A DNA stretch of 64,000 bases from Candidatus Magasanikbacteria bacterium RIFCSPHIGHO2_01_FULL_33_34 (GTDB taxonomy: Bacteria; Patescibacteriota; Patescibacteriia; Magasanikbacterales; UBA922): the NCBI GenBank assembly GCA_001782825.1, contig MFPS01000003.1:44353-108352 (forward strand), written 5' to 3'. Shown in pieces: positions 29,225 to 37,750 of the stretch. Each line of letters starts with the position of its first letter. Positions within the stretch are counted from its first letter, which is position 1. Position numbers and translations under genes: made by a program. The notes beneath the pieces are model-generated. The model saw only the letters and a list, made by a program, of their open reading frames with translations. It was not told the origin of the DNA and made no database searches.

Positions 29225-29398
29225 CTACAACAGCATCAGGGAGTTTACGACGTCATTACGTCCGGTGGGCCGTGCTGACACAGCCCCATCGAAACCCCAG
29301 TTCATCAAGGGGTTTGTGCCATCATCTTCCTCGATGTGTACATCTACCGCTTGGATGATTTTCTTTCTTTGTGCTTTGTTGTTTGCTTTCTTCTTCAT
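29225..29398 (-). CDS. Small (57 aa) ORF inside a GC-rich islet: MKKKANNKAQRKKIIQAVDVHIEEDDGTNPLMNWGFDGAVSARPTGRNDVVNSLMLL
   Basis: ATG at 29398 preceded by GGGGGAG-aatc, followed by the GC-rich terminator. GC content here is far above the flanks. The ORF is under the 60-aa track cutoff. Confidence 0.5.
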   Translation of the reverse strand: MKKKANNKAQRKKIIQAVDVHIEEDDGTNPLMNWGFDGAVSARPTGRNDVVNSLMLL

Positions 29399-29555
29399 GA
29401 TTCTCCCCCTAGGGTGTTGATTTTGGTATCACTGTATGTGACACCTAGTACAACTTGGCAACATTATACTACAAAAATGACCTTTTGTCAACGTATTATA
29501 AGGCATTATATTTAGTATTGATTAATATAAGTTTGTGTGCTAGTATGTTAATATT

Positions 29556-30632
29556 ATGGACAAAAATAACCTTGAAAAATTTGCTAGACCAGCATTAATG
29601 CTGTTAGTTTTTGTAGTTTTATTTAATAAATTAATACCATTTTTATTAATTATATTGATTGGATATATACTCTTTAGAGTATTTAATGGTTTACCAATTG
29701 TACCGATACAATATCAAAATTATGTACCAATACAATTATCATTTTTAACAAAAAAAATTAATTTTAATAAAAAAAATATGGATATGGAAACACTAAAAGT
29801 AAAAGGATCGGGGAGTCCAAAAAAATTTGCTATGTATATTGTGTTGTTTGTAATTGCAATTGGTCTAGCACTTAATTCTTTTGTAATTGTTGGGGCTGGT
29901 AAAACTGGTGTGCAAGTTCTTTTTGGAGATGTTCGTGATGAGGAATTTGCCTCTGGGTTTCATATAAAAAATCCATTTGTGATGGTAAATCAAATGAATA
30001 TCAGGACACAAGAGTACACTATGAGTATTGCGCAGACTGAGGGTAAAAAAATTGGTGATGATTCCATTGCTGCTCTTACAAAAGAAGGTTTACAAGTTGA
30101 ATTGGATATTACAATATTGTTTCACTTGATAGATGATAAAGCATCTGATGTGTATCGTGAGATTGGTACTGGTTATGAAGAAGTGGTGATTAGACCACAA
30201 ATTAGAAGTACTATTCGTGAGATTATAGCACAGTATGAAGCCAAAGATATTTATTCTGAAAAAAGACAAGAAGCATCACAAAAGATTTTGGAATCAATCA
30301 AATCAACAATTGAACCAAGAGGAATATTTGTAGAAGAAGTGCTTTTGAGAAATATTAATTTGCCAGCAAATTTAGCAAATAGTATTCAAGAAAAATTGCA
30401 AGCTGAGCAAGAAGCACAAAGATATGAGTTTGTGTTGCAAAAAGAAGAAAAAGAAGCAGAAAGAAAGAGAGTTGAAGCCGCTGGACAGAGAGATTCACAA
30501 CAAATTATAAATGAAAGTTTAACTCCAAGATATTTGCAGTATTTGTATATCCAGAGTTTAAAGGATAGAGAAGGCACAATTTATGTTCCAACTGATCCAA
30601 GTAATGGCACTCCTTTGTTTAGGAGTATATAG
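29556..30632 (+). CDS. SPFH/band-7 (stomatin/HflK-like) domain protein
   Basis: FASGFHIKNPF...VELDITILFHL...IRSTIREIIAQYEAKDIY is an SPFH signature. An alternative start lies at 29778, immediately before the canonical TM helix. Confidence 0.7.
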   Translation: MDKNNLEKFARPALMLLVFVVLFNKLIPFLLIILIGYILFRVFNGLPIVPIQYQNYVPIQLSFLTKKINFNKKNMDMETLKVKGSGSPKKFAMYIVLFVIAIGLALNSFVIVGAGKTGVQVLFGDVRDEEFASGFHIKNPFVMVNQMNIRTQEYTMSIAQTEGKKIGDDSIAALTKEGLQVELDITILFHLIDDKASDVYREIGTGYEEVVIRPQIRSTIREIIAQYEAKDIYSEKRQEASQKILESIKSTIEPRGIFVEEVLLRNINLPANLANSIQEKLQAEQEAQRYEFVLQKEEKEAERKRVEAAGQRDSQQIINESLTPRYLQYLYIQSLKDREGTIYVPTDPSNGTPLFRSI

Positions 30633-30634
30633 TA

Positions 30635-30663
30635 TTGACTAAGTTATTTTTTGATGGTATAAT
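30635..30663 (+). promoter_or_regulatory. Consensus sigma70 promoter (TTGACT-17-TATAAT)
   Basis: The spacing and hexamers are exact. It sits about 100 nt upstream of the 30761 ORF. Confidence 0.6.
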
Positions 30664-30760
30664 TTTAGCAATCGCAACGTTAAACTAGTCTGTCAATTAG
30701 TCAGATCAAGGGATCTGTTGCGGAAAAAAGGTCGTTTAATTAAAATACAAAAAGAAAACT

Positions 30761-31054
30761 ATGAACAATGACAGACAAATGTATAACGTTGATCTTAGCT
30801 GTGCAGAATGTAAAACAGCTATAACTCAACTTCCATTTGAACCAACAGGTGATAAGCCTGTATACTGTACTACTTGTTTGCGTGCTAGACGTGATTCAAG
30901 AGGTAATAGTAGAGATTCTCGCGGTCCAAGACAAATGTACCAGGTCAATGAAAAGTGTGCTGAATGTAATGCTGCTATTACACAGCTTCCTTTCCAACCA
31001 TCAGGTGGAAAACCTTTATACTGTTTTGATTGCGTAAAAGCAAGAAGACAATAA
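30761..31054 (+). CDS. Small protein with a tandem duplicated CxxC...CxxC zinc-ribbon module
   Basis: The two ~36-aa repeats are MYNVDLSCAECKTAITQLPFEPTGDKPVYCTTC and MYQVNEKCAECNAAITQLPFQPSGGKPLYCFDC. Confidence 0.65.
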   Translation: MNNDRQMYNVDLSCAECKTAITQLPFEPTGDKPVYCTTCLRARRDSRGNSRDSRGPRQMYQVNEKCAECNAAITQLPFQPSGGKPLYCFDCVKARRQ

Positions 31055-31063
31055 TATAAAATA

Positions 31064-31096
31064 AAAAATTCCCGATTTTACGGGAATTTTTTATTT
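31064..31096 (+). terminator. Rho-independent terminator
   Basis: aaaaattcccg-atttta-cgggaattttttatttt. Confidence 0.75.
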
Positions 31097-31109
31097 TATA
31101 GAATAAATA

Positions 31110-31138
31110 TTGACATGATTTTAATGATTGGTTATAGT
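31110..31138 (+). promoter_or_regulatory. Consensus-like promoter (TTGACA-17-TATAGT)
   Basis: It is upstream of the 31174 ORF, and the leader carries an AAGGGGAG SD. Confidence 0.55.
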
Positions 31139-31173
31139 TTCATCCAGTAGTCAAATATAACAAGGGGAGAATC

Positions 31174-31398
31174 ATGAACAATTTTTTTAGAGTATTTTCT
31201 TATAAAAATAGGGACGGATCTTGCAATTTGCGTATTTTTCGTAGGGGGACACGTATTGTTGTATATGAAGGTAAGGTATTTATCAAATCAGAAAATGATA
31301 TTATAAATTTTATCAGTACATTGTCTGAGATTAACCAAGAGGAGAAAGAAATGCTTGTACAAGAACTAAGGAAAATACAAAAAAGAATTACTCGTTGA
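31174..31398 (+). CDS. Small hypothetical protein (74 aa)
   Basis: It has its own promoter, the SD aaggggagaatcATG, and a perfect terminator downstream. Confidence 0.55.
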   Translation: MNNFFRVFSYKNRDGSCNLRIFRRGTRIVVYEGKVFIKSENDIINFISTLSEINQEEKEMLVQELRKIQKRITR

Positions 31399-31412
31399 TG
31401 GTGGTTAGTTTT

Positions 31413-31460
31413 GCCCATGTTGTTTGTGTGTATAACAACATGGGCGAATAACTTTATTTT
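31413..31460 (+). terminator. Rho-independent terminator (12-bp perfect stem gcccatgttgtt / aacaacatgggc)
   Basis: The stem is followed by a T-rich tract. Confidence 0.7.
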
Positions 31461-31472
31461 ATGGATTTTTTT

Positions 31473-31501
31473 GATAAAAATAATTGACAAAACTATATTT
31501 T
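31473..31501 (+). promoter_or_regulatory. Promoter (TTGACA-17-CATAAT) for mnmA
   Basis: The hexamers are visible in the sequence. Confidence 0.45.
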
Positions 31502-31520
31502 TGCTACATAATGACCTATT

Positions 31521-32612
31521 ATGTCAAAACAAAAAGTAAAAATTTTGGTAGCAATGAGTGGTGGGGTTGATTCTTCTGTTGCCGTTGCTTTGTTGTTGGA
31601 AGCTGGTTATGATGTGACTGGTGCATATATGAAACAGTGGGATGATAAGGATGAAACAGGTGTATGTACTTGGAAACAAGATAGACGGGACGCGCTTCGA
31701 GTGTCAGCACACTTAGGTATTCCACTTTTGACTTTGGATTTTGAGCAGGAATATAAAAAGTGGGTAATGGAATATATGTATGCAGAATATGAGAGGGGTA
31801 GAACTCCAAATCCAGATGTATTGTGTAATAAGTTTATAAAATTTGGTGTTTGGTTGGAAAAAGCCAAAGAACTTGGTTTTGCAAAATTGGCAACTGGGCA
31901 TTATGGAAGCATAGAAACATTTAAACATAAAAACATACAAACATATAATTTGTTGCGGGCCAAAGATGAAAATAAGGATCAAACATATTTTTTACATCAA
32001 TTAACACAGGAACAATTAAAATATACGCTATTTCCATTAGGAAAATATACCAAAGATGAAGTCAGGGTAATGGCAAAAAAATTTAATTTACCAAATGCTG
32101 ATAGGTCAGAGAGTATGGGGATTTGTTTTGTAGGTGTTGTTCCAATGAAAGATTTTTTACTCAAAAAAATTAAAGTTAATAAAGGAAATATAGTGACGTC
32201 TGATGGCGAGGTAGTTGGTGAGCATGATGGTTTGGCATTTTATACTATTGGTCAGCGTCATGGATTTGATATAAGGAATAAAAATAAAATTATAGAGTCA
32301 AAAGCAATGTATGTTGTCCAAAAAAAATATGATACCAATGAATTGGTGGTTGGTTTTGATGATGATGAATTGTTGTATAGCAAACAGGCTGAAATAGAAG
32401 ATGTGAATTGGATTAGTGGACAAAAACCTAGCTTTCCATTAAAATGCAAAGTGAGATTAAGACATAGGCAACCGCTCCAAGATGTGCAATTATTGCAAAA
32501 AGATGGTAAAATATTAGTAGAATTTAATATTAAACAAAAAGCGGTCACTCCTGGTCAATTTGCGGTGTTTTATCAGAACCAAGTTTGCCTTGGTGGTGGA
32601 GCTATTAAATAA
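31521..32612 (+). CDS. mnmA: tRNA-specific 2-thiouridylase
   Basis: VAMSGGVDSSV is a PP-loop. The rest matches the MnmA/TrmU pattern. Confidence 0.88.
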   Translation: MSKQKVKILVAMSGGVDSSVAVALLLEAGYDVTGAYMKQWDDKDETGVCTWKQDRRDALRVSAHLGIPLLTLDFEQEYKKWVMEYMYAEYERGRTPNPDVLCNKFIKFGVWLEKAKELGFAKLATGHYGSIETFKHKNIQTYNLLRAKDENKDQTYFLHQLTQEQLKYTLFPLGKYTKDEVRVMAKKFNLPNADRSESMGICFVGVVPMKDFLLKKIKVNKGNIVTSDGEVVGEHDGLAFYTIGQRHGFDIRNKNKIIESKAMYVVQKKYDTNELVVGFDDDELLYSKQAEIEDVNWISGQKPSFPLKCKVRLRHRQPLQDVQLLQKDGKILVEFNIKQKAVTPGQFAVFYQNQVCLGGGAIK

Positions 32613-32742
32613 AATAATATGATGGGATTTAGTTTGAATTATCCAAGTTTTGGTGATTTTATAGTCTCACAATTAGGGTTGCTTCTCTTGGCAGGGTTAT
32701 TGGTATTTTTAGCACTAAAATTGAAAAGCATGTAAAAATGTT

Positions 32743-34557
32743 ATGAATACGAAGGATTTGAGAGAATTGTTTACAACTTATTTTCAAAAAAATGGCCATG
32801 CAATTATATCATCGGCTTCTTTGATTCCAGAAAATGATCCAACTGTACTTTTTACAACAGCAGGAATGCATCCGTTGGTTCCATATTTAATGGGAGAGAG
32901 TCATCCATCTGGTGCGAGACTAACAGATGTCCAAAAGTGTATTCGGACTGGGGATATTGATGAGGTAGGTGACAAATGGCATCTTACTTTTTTTGAGATG
33001 TTGGGTAATTGGAGTTTAAATGATTATTGGAAAAAAGAAGCTATTCAATGGAGTTTTGAGTTTTTGACTAATCAATTAAATATTCCTATTAATAAACTGG
33101 CTGTTACTGTTTTTGAAGGTGATAGTGATGCTCCATTTGATTCTGAAGCTTATGAATTGTGGAAAAATGTTGGTATGCCAGAGGAAAGTATTTTTAAATA
33201 TAACAAAAAAGAAAATTGGTGGGGTCCAGCTGGTCAGACTGGTCCATGTGGACCAGATACAGAGATGTTTTATATTACAGATGTAGAGAAATGTAGTCCA
33301 GAATGTCAGCCAAGTTGTTCGTGTGGCAAGTATGTGGAGATTTGGAATGATGTATTTATGGAGTATTTCAAAGACAAGGAAGGTAAATACAACAAAGCCG
33401 AAAGACATAATGTAGACACTGGTATGGGGCTCGAAAGAACAGTGGCAATTTTGGGTAGCATGTCTGATGTTTATCAAGTAGATACTATGTGGCCGATTGT
33501 TGAAAAAATAGAAGAAATCTCTGGAAAAAAATATTTGGAAAGTGATGAAATTACCAAATCAATGAGAATTATTGCTGATCATTTGCGGGCAACAGTGATG
33601 ATAATGGGGGATAATCGTGGGGTTGGTCCAAGTAATATTGATCAGGGTTATGTGGTACGTAAATTGATTCGTAGAGCTATACGTCATGGTAGAAAGTTGG
33701 GAATAGAACAAAATTTTTGTAAAGAAATTAGTCAAGTTGTTTTAAATATATTTGGTGAAGTATATGTTGAAATTGAAAAAAATAAACAAGTTGTATTTGA
33801 TTTGTTAGAAAAAGAAGAAGAGAAATTCAAAAAAACTTTGGAACAAGGTTTGAAAGAATTTGCAAAAATGTCAAGTGATAATAAAATTACAGGTAAAGAG
33901 GCATTTAATTTGTTTACTACCTATGGGTTTCCATTGGAGATGACACAAGAATTGGCTATTGAGGGTGGAATGGATTTTGATATAAGAGAATTTGAAGAAG
34001 AATTCAAAAAACACCAAGATTTATCTCGTTCTGGTGCAGAACAAAAATTCAAAGGTGGCTTAGCTGATACCTCTATTGAAACTACTAGATTGCATACCGC
34101 TACTCATTTGCTTCATGCTGCTCTTCGTAAAGTATTGGGAGATCATGTTGAGCAAAAGGGTAGTAATATCACAGCTGAGCGTTTGCGTTTTGATTTTTCT
34201 CATCCAGACAAAATGACAGATGAACAAAAAAAACAAGTAGAAGACTTGGTCAATAGCGCTATTGTCAATAAATATCCTGTATCATTTCAAGAAATGACAG
34301 TTGATGAAGCCAAAGAAAAAGGGGCAATTGGTTTGTTTGAAGACAGATATGCGGACAAAGTAAAAGTATATATTGTTGGTGATACCAATCAAAAACCAAA
34401 TGCTGATGCAAATTCAGAAACTTTTAGTATGGAAATTTGTGGTGGTCCGCATGTAGAAAATACCAAAGAATTAGGCGAATTCAAAATCAAAAAAGAAGAA
34501 GCATCAAGCGCAGGAATCAGGAGAATCAAAGCAATTTTACAGCAAAAAACCACCTAA
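32743..34557 (+). CDS. alaS: Alanine--tRNA ligase, short form lacking the C-Ala domain
   Basis: The class II catalytic N-terminus is FTTAGMHP...WSLNDYWK. The editing-domain motif HTATHLLHAAL (HxxxH) is present. At 604 aa it is far shorter than the typical ~870 aa. Confidence 0.85.
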   Translation: MNTKDLRELFTTYFQKNGHAIISSASLIPENDPTVLFTTAGMHPLVPYLMGESHPSGARLTDVQKCIRTGDIDEVGDKWHLTFFEMLGNWSLNDYWKKEAIQWSFEFLTNQLNIPINKLAVTVFEGDSDAPFDSEAYELWKNVGMPEESIFKYNKKENWWGPAGQTGPCGPDTEMFYITDVEKCSPECQPSCSCGKYVEIWNDVFMEYFKDKEGKYNKAERHNVDTGMGLERTVAILGSMSDVYQVDTMWPIVEKIEEISGKKYLESDEITKSMRIIADHLRATVMIMGDNRGVGPSNIDQGYVVRKLIRRAIRHGRKLGIEQNFCKEISQVVLNIFGEVYVEIEKNKQVVFDLLEKEEEKFKKTLEQGLKEFAKMSSDNKITGKEAFNLFTTYGFPLEMTQELAIEGGMDFDIREFEEEFKKHQDLSRSGAEQKFKGGLADTSIETTRLHTATHLLHAALRKVLGDHVEQKGSNITAERLRFDFSHPDKMTDEQKKQVEDLVNSAIVNKYPVSFQEMTVDEAKEKGAIGLFEDRYADKVKVYIVGDTNQKPNADANSETFSMEICGGPHVENTKELGEFKIKKEEASSAGIRRIKAILQQKTT

Positions 34558-34609
34558 AGTTTTTAATTTTAAAGGTGGCGTAAGAAGGTTGGATGACATT
34601 GGTATATAT

Positions 34610-35035
34610 TTATTGTTCAGCGTATACCTCGATTGTTCGCAAATCATTAATTATGGTTTTTCTCCCTAAAGAATTTATTACAATAGCATAAAGGTTTATG
34701 CCGTTTTTAATTCTGATTGAACATATTTTGCCAAGTTTTGTTTTGCAGTTTATTCTTTGTACTTCTTTGTCAAAGAATTTTTCTTCAAGTTCCACAAATT
34801 TCTTTTGCCTTTTAGAGTAAGTGCCAGTTGGGTCAGTCTTTTCAATCCCTAGATATTCTATCAATTCAATACAATGTTGTTTGGTATTTGGTGGATGTTT
34901 TATACCCACAGAGTTTAATTTAGCTGTATGTTCATTAGTAGGTGGGTTTGAGTTTATATCACTGGTGATACTACTACTTTCATATTTTCTTTTAGGTAGT
35001 TTTTTTGTGGAAGTTGGTTTTTTGTCTTGCGTCAT
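34610..35035 (-). CDS. Hypothetical protein with a basic low-complexity N-terminus
   Basis: The ORF is 141 aa and I find no confident motif. Confidence 0.4.
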   Translation of the reverse strand: MTQDKKPTSTKKLPKRKYESSSITSDINSNPPTNEHTAKLNSVGIKHPPNTKQHCIELIEYLGIEKTDPTGTYSKRQKKFVELEEKFFDKEVQRINCKTKLGKICSIRIKNGINLYAIVINSLGRKTIINDLRTIEVYAEQ

Positions 35036-35111
35036 TTGTCCTTCCTTGTTATCATTAGACTAACATTAGTACAATGAATGAGTCAAGTGTGGTATAATAA
35101 CAAATATTTTT

Positions 35112-35558
35112 ATGGTTAAAAAAACAATTTCATATTTTTGGTCATTGAGGCGTGAATTCATCAAGTATTTTATTGTTGGGTTTAGTGGCCTTTTTTTGGA
35201 TATGGGGTCATTAATATTATTAAAAGAAGTTTTTGATATATTGCCGTGGATGGCTGTATTGATGAGTCAAGCAGTATTATTGGTATATAATTTTACTTTG
35301 AATAAATATTGGTCATTTAGAAATAAGGTAATGCATCATAAACAGGTTATTAGATATTTGAGCTTGGCGATGTTTAATTACTTTTTTTCTTTTGGGACAA
35401 TGTATGTGTTTAATCATATAATGGGTTATGATTATAGGATGGTGCGTATTTTGTCTATAGCCGTGATGGTTAGTTGGAATTTCTTTTTGTATAAATATTG
35501 GGTATACAGAATAGAGAAGATTACATTGGTCCAAGCACAAAATATTGAAAATGCCTAG
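35112..35558 (+). CDS. GtrA-family membrane protein
   Basis: It has four TM helices, and FIKYFIVGFSGLFLDMG is GtrA-like. Confidence 0.65.
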   Translation: MVKKTISYFWSLRREFIKYFIVGFSGLFLDMGSLILLKEVFDILPWMAVLMSQAVLLVYNFTLNKYWSFRNKVMHHKQVIRYLSLAMFNYFFSFGTMYVFNHIMGYDYRMVRILSIAVMVSWNFFLYKYWVYRIEKITLVQAQNIENA

Positions 35559-35662
35559 GAGATGTGCATAAAATTGCCAAGTGTGTTATAATATAATCAT
35601 ATTACTATTAATTTAGCTTTTATAAGCAAAATTCATTTATTCAATATCTGGGGAAAAACCTC

Positions 35663-35691
35663 TTGACAGGTTTTATATTTTTGTGTACAAT
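35663..35691 (+). promoter_or_regulatory. Promoter (TTGACA-17-TACAAT) for infA
   Basis: The spacing is exact, 23 nt upstream of the ATG. Confidence 0.55.
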
Positions 35692-35714
35692 ATCGCCAGA
35701 TTAAATATCAGTTC

Positions 35715-35930
35715 ATGTCAAAAAAAGATTTCATTGAAATGCAAGGGGTAATAGAAGAACTATTACCAGCAGCAAAATTTCGGGTTAAGTTAGAAAATGG
35801 CCATGGAATAATTGCTCACTTGTCAGGAAAAATGAGAAAGAACAAAATTCGTTTGAGTTTGGGAGATAGTGTGAAGGTCGATATGACCCCATATGATCTT
35901 AGCAAAGGAATAATTTCTTTCAGAATTTAA
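35715..35930 (+). CDS. infA: Translation initiation factor IF-1
   Basis: [30 protein letters not shown] is S1-like IF-1. Confidence 0.92.
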   Translation: MSKKDFIEMQGVIEELLPAAKFRVKLENGHGIIAHLSGKMRKNKIRLSLGDSVKVDMTPYDLSKGIISFRI

Positions 35931-36089
35931 TAAAATGTTTACAAATATCAATCAGTCGGTGGAGCCAATCTTAGTTCAAATTATGGATAGATAGATAGGC
36001 AGAGATATCGTCTGGCTTTAATGTTCATTGTGAGTATTATAAGCTAGATGATTGATATTTTTTTATCCAAATAAATAATCATAAAATAT

Positions 36090-36227
36090 ATGAAGGTTAG
36101 AGCTTCAGCAAAAAAAAGATGTATTAATTGTAAAATTGTTAGACGTAGAGGAGTGGTACATATAATTTGTGAAAATCCAAGACATAAACAAAGACAGGGT
36201 ACTAAGCAAAGAAATAGAGCCGCTTAA
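36090..36227 (+). CDS. rpmJ: 50S ribosomal protein L36
   Basis: [37 protein letters not shown]. It is under the track cutoff, so I found it by eye. Confidence 0.85.
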   Translation: MKVRASAKKRCINCKIVRRRGVVHIICENPRHKQRQGTKQRNRAA

Positions 36228-36257
36228 TTTATAATATTAAAAATAAACAATAAATTT

Positions 36258-36644
36258 ATGAGAGTAGCAGGAGTAATAATCCCAAAGGAGAAAAGAGTTG
36301 TAGTTAGTCTTACATATATTTATGGTATTGGTCCAACAACTGCAAAAAACATTTTGTTACAAACAAATATTGATGCTTCAACTAGAACAAAAGATTTAAC
36401 CCGTGAACAAGAAGATTTGCTACGAAATATTATTGAACAGAAGCATAAGACTGAAGGTGATTTGAGACGTGAGGTTTCTTCAAATGTTAAAAGACTTAAA
36501 GATATCAAGTCATACAGAGGTATAAGACATATCAGACGCTTACCATCAAGAGGTCAGAGAACAAAGACTAATTCTCGTACAATCCGTGGTAATAAAAAGA
36601 ATTTGGCTATCAGTGGTAAAAAACCAGCAGAACAAAAGACTTAA
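36258..36644 (+). CDS. rpsM: 30S ribosomal protein S13
   Basis: [25 protein letters not shown]. Confidence 0.92.
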   Translation: MRVAGVIIPKEKRVVVSLTYIYGIGPTTAKNILLQTNIDASTRTKDLTREQEDLLRNIIEQKHKTEGDLRREVSSNVKRLKDIKSYRGIRHIRRLPSRGQRTKTNSRTIRGNKKNLAISGKKPAEQKT

Positions 36645-36670
36645 TCTATACTAAATTGATATATACTAAT

Positions 36671-37063
36671 ATGGCCCAAGCAGTCAAGAAAACAAAAAAG
36701 AAAAAAATAAATAAACAAGTAAGCCATGCGCGTGCTTATGTTCAAGCTACTTTCAATAATACTATCGTAAGTTTGACAGATCAAAATGGTGATGTATTAG
36801 GTTGGGCAAGTGCTGGTATGGTTGGTTTTAAAGGACCAAAGAAAGCTACTCCATATGCGGCTGGACAAGTTGTCAAGAGAGTAGTTGATAGTGTAAAAGA
36901 ATTTGGTGTACGTGAGGTGAGTGTATTTATAAAAGGTATTGGTGGTGGGCGAGAGGGAGCAATTCGTGGTTTTAATGCCAATGGATTGAATGTACTTTCT
37001 ATCAAAGATATGACACCAATCCCACATAATGGTTGCAGGCCACCAAAGAGAAGAAGAGTATAA
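36671..37063 (+). CDS. rpsK: 30S ribosomal protein S11
   Basis: HARAYVQATFNNTIVSLTDQNGDVLGWASAG. Confidence 0.92.
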   Translation: MAQAVKKTKKKKINKQVSHARAYVQATFNNTIVSLTDQNGDVLGWASAGMVGFKGPKKATPYAAGQVVKRVVDSVKEFGVREVSVFIKGIGGGREGAIRGFNANGLNVLSIKDMTPIPHNGCRPPKRRRV

Positions 37064-37093
37064 ATAAATAATAAATAAGCTTAAAACAAAGAT

Positions 37094-37717
37094 ATGGGAA
37101 GATATATCGGACCAAAAAATAAAATTGCAAGACGCTTTGGCGTTAATTTGGGTTTGAAAACAAATCCTTCTAAAGTTGCAAAACGCTTGGCGCAAATGCC
37201 GGGTGTTCATGGGCCTAGCAAGAAAAAAGGCGCAACTTCATCATATGGAAAACAATTAAATGAAAAACAAAAAGCTAAATATGTTTATGGTTTGCGTGAA
37301 CGTCAATTTAGATCATATGTAGAAGAGGCTATCAGACAAGAGGGAGATTCTGGTTTGAATTTACAAAGATTATTAGAAAAACGTCTTGATAATGTAGTTT
37401 ATAGAGCTGGATTTGCAGTTACTCGTGCTCAAGCAAGACAAATGGTTGGCCATAATATGTTTACTTTGAATGGCAAGAAAATGAATATTCCTTCACATTT
37501 GGTAAAAGTTGGGGATGTAATTGCTATCAAAGAAACCAAAATTGCTAAAAAGATTTTTGAAAAAATTACTGAAACATTAGAAAAAGCCAATTTACCATCA
37601 TGGATTTCAGTTGATAGTAAAGGTAAATCAGCAAAAGTAACCAATCAACCAGCAGAAGCTGATTTTGATAAGGTTTTTGATGTTACACTTATTATTGAGT
37701 ATTACTCACAAAGATAA
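37094..37717 (+). CDS. rpsD: 30S ribosomal protein S4
   Basis: MGRYIGPKNKIARRFGVNL. Confidence 0.92.
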   Translation: MGRYIGPKNKIARRFGVNLGLKTNPSKVAKRLAQMPGVHGPSKKKGATSSYGKQLNEKQKAKYVYGLRERQFRSYVEEAIRQEGDSGLNLQRLLEKRLDNVVYRAGFAVTRAQARQMVGHNMFTLNGKKMNIPSHLVKVGDVIAIKETKIAKKIFEKITETLEKANLPSWISVDSKGKSAKVTNQPAEADFDKVFDVTLIIEYYSQR

Positions 37718-37750
37718 AACAGGAGGGACCCTCCATTAATTATAATTCAT

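Noticed and set aside
29170-29420. The GC-rich islet as RNase P RNA, tmRNA or SRP RNA
   Set aside because: The characteristic motifs are missing. These are the GGAAAGTCCGGGC P4 region, the tRNA-like 3' end with a tag ORF ending ...ALAA, and the SRP GGAA tetraloop helix. The segment also looks too short for RNase P.
36797-37210. Minus-strand ORFs overlapping rpsK/rpsD, atpA and atpD (e.g. 36797..37210, 56903..57250, 59493..59729)
   Set aside because: They lie inside highly conserved housekeeping genes on the opposite strand, and they have no expression signals.
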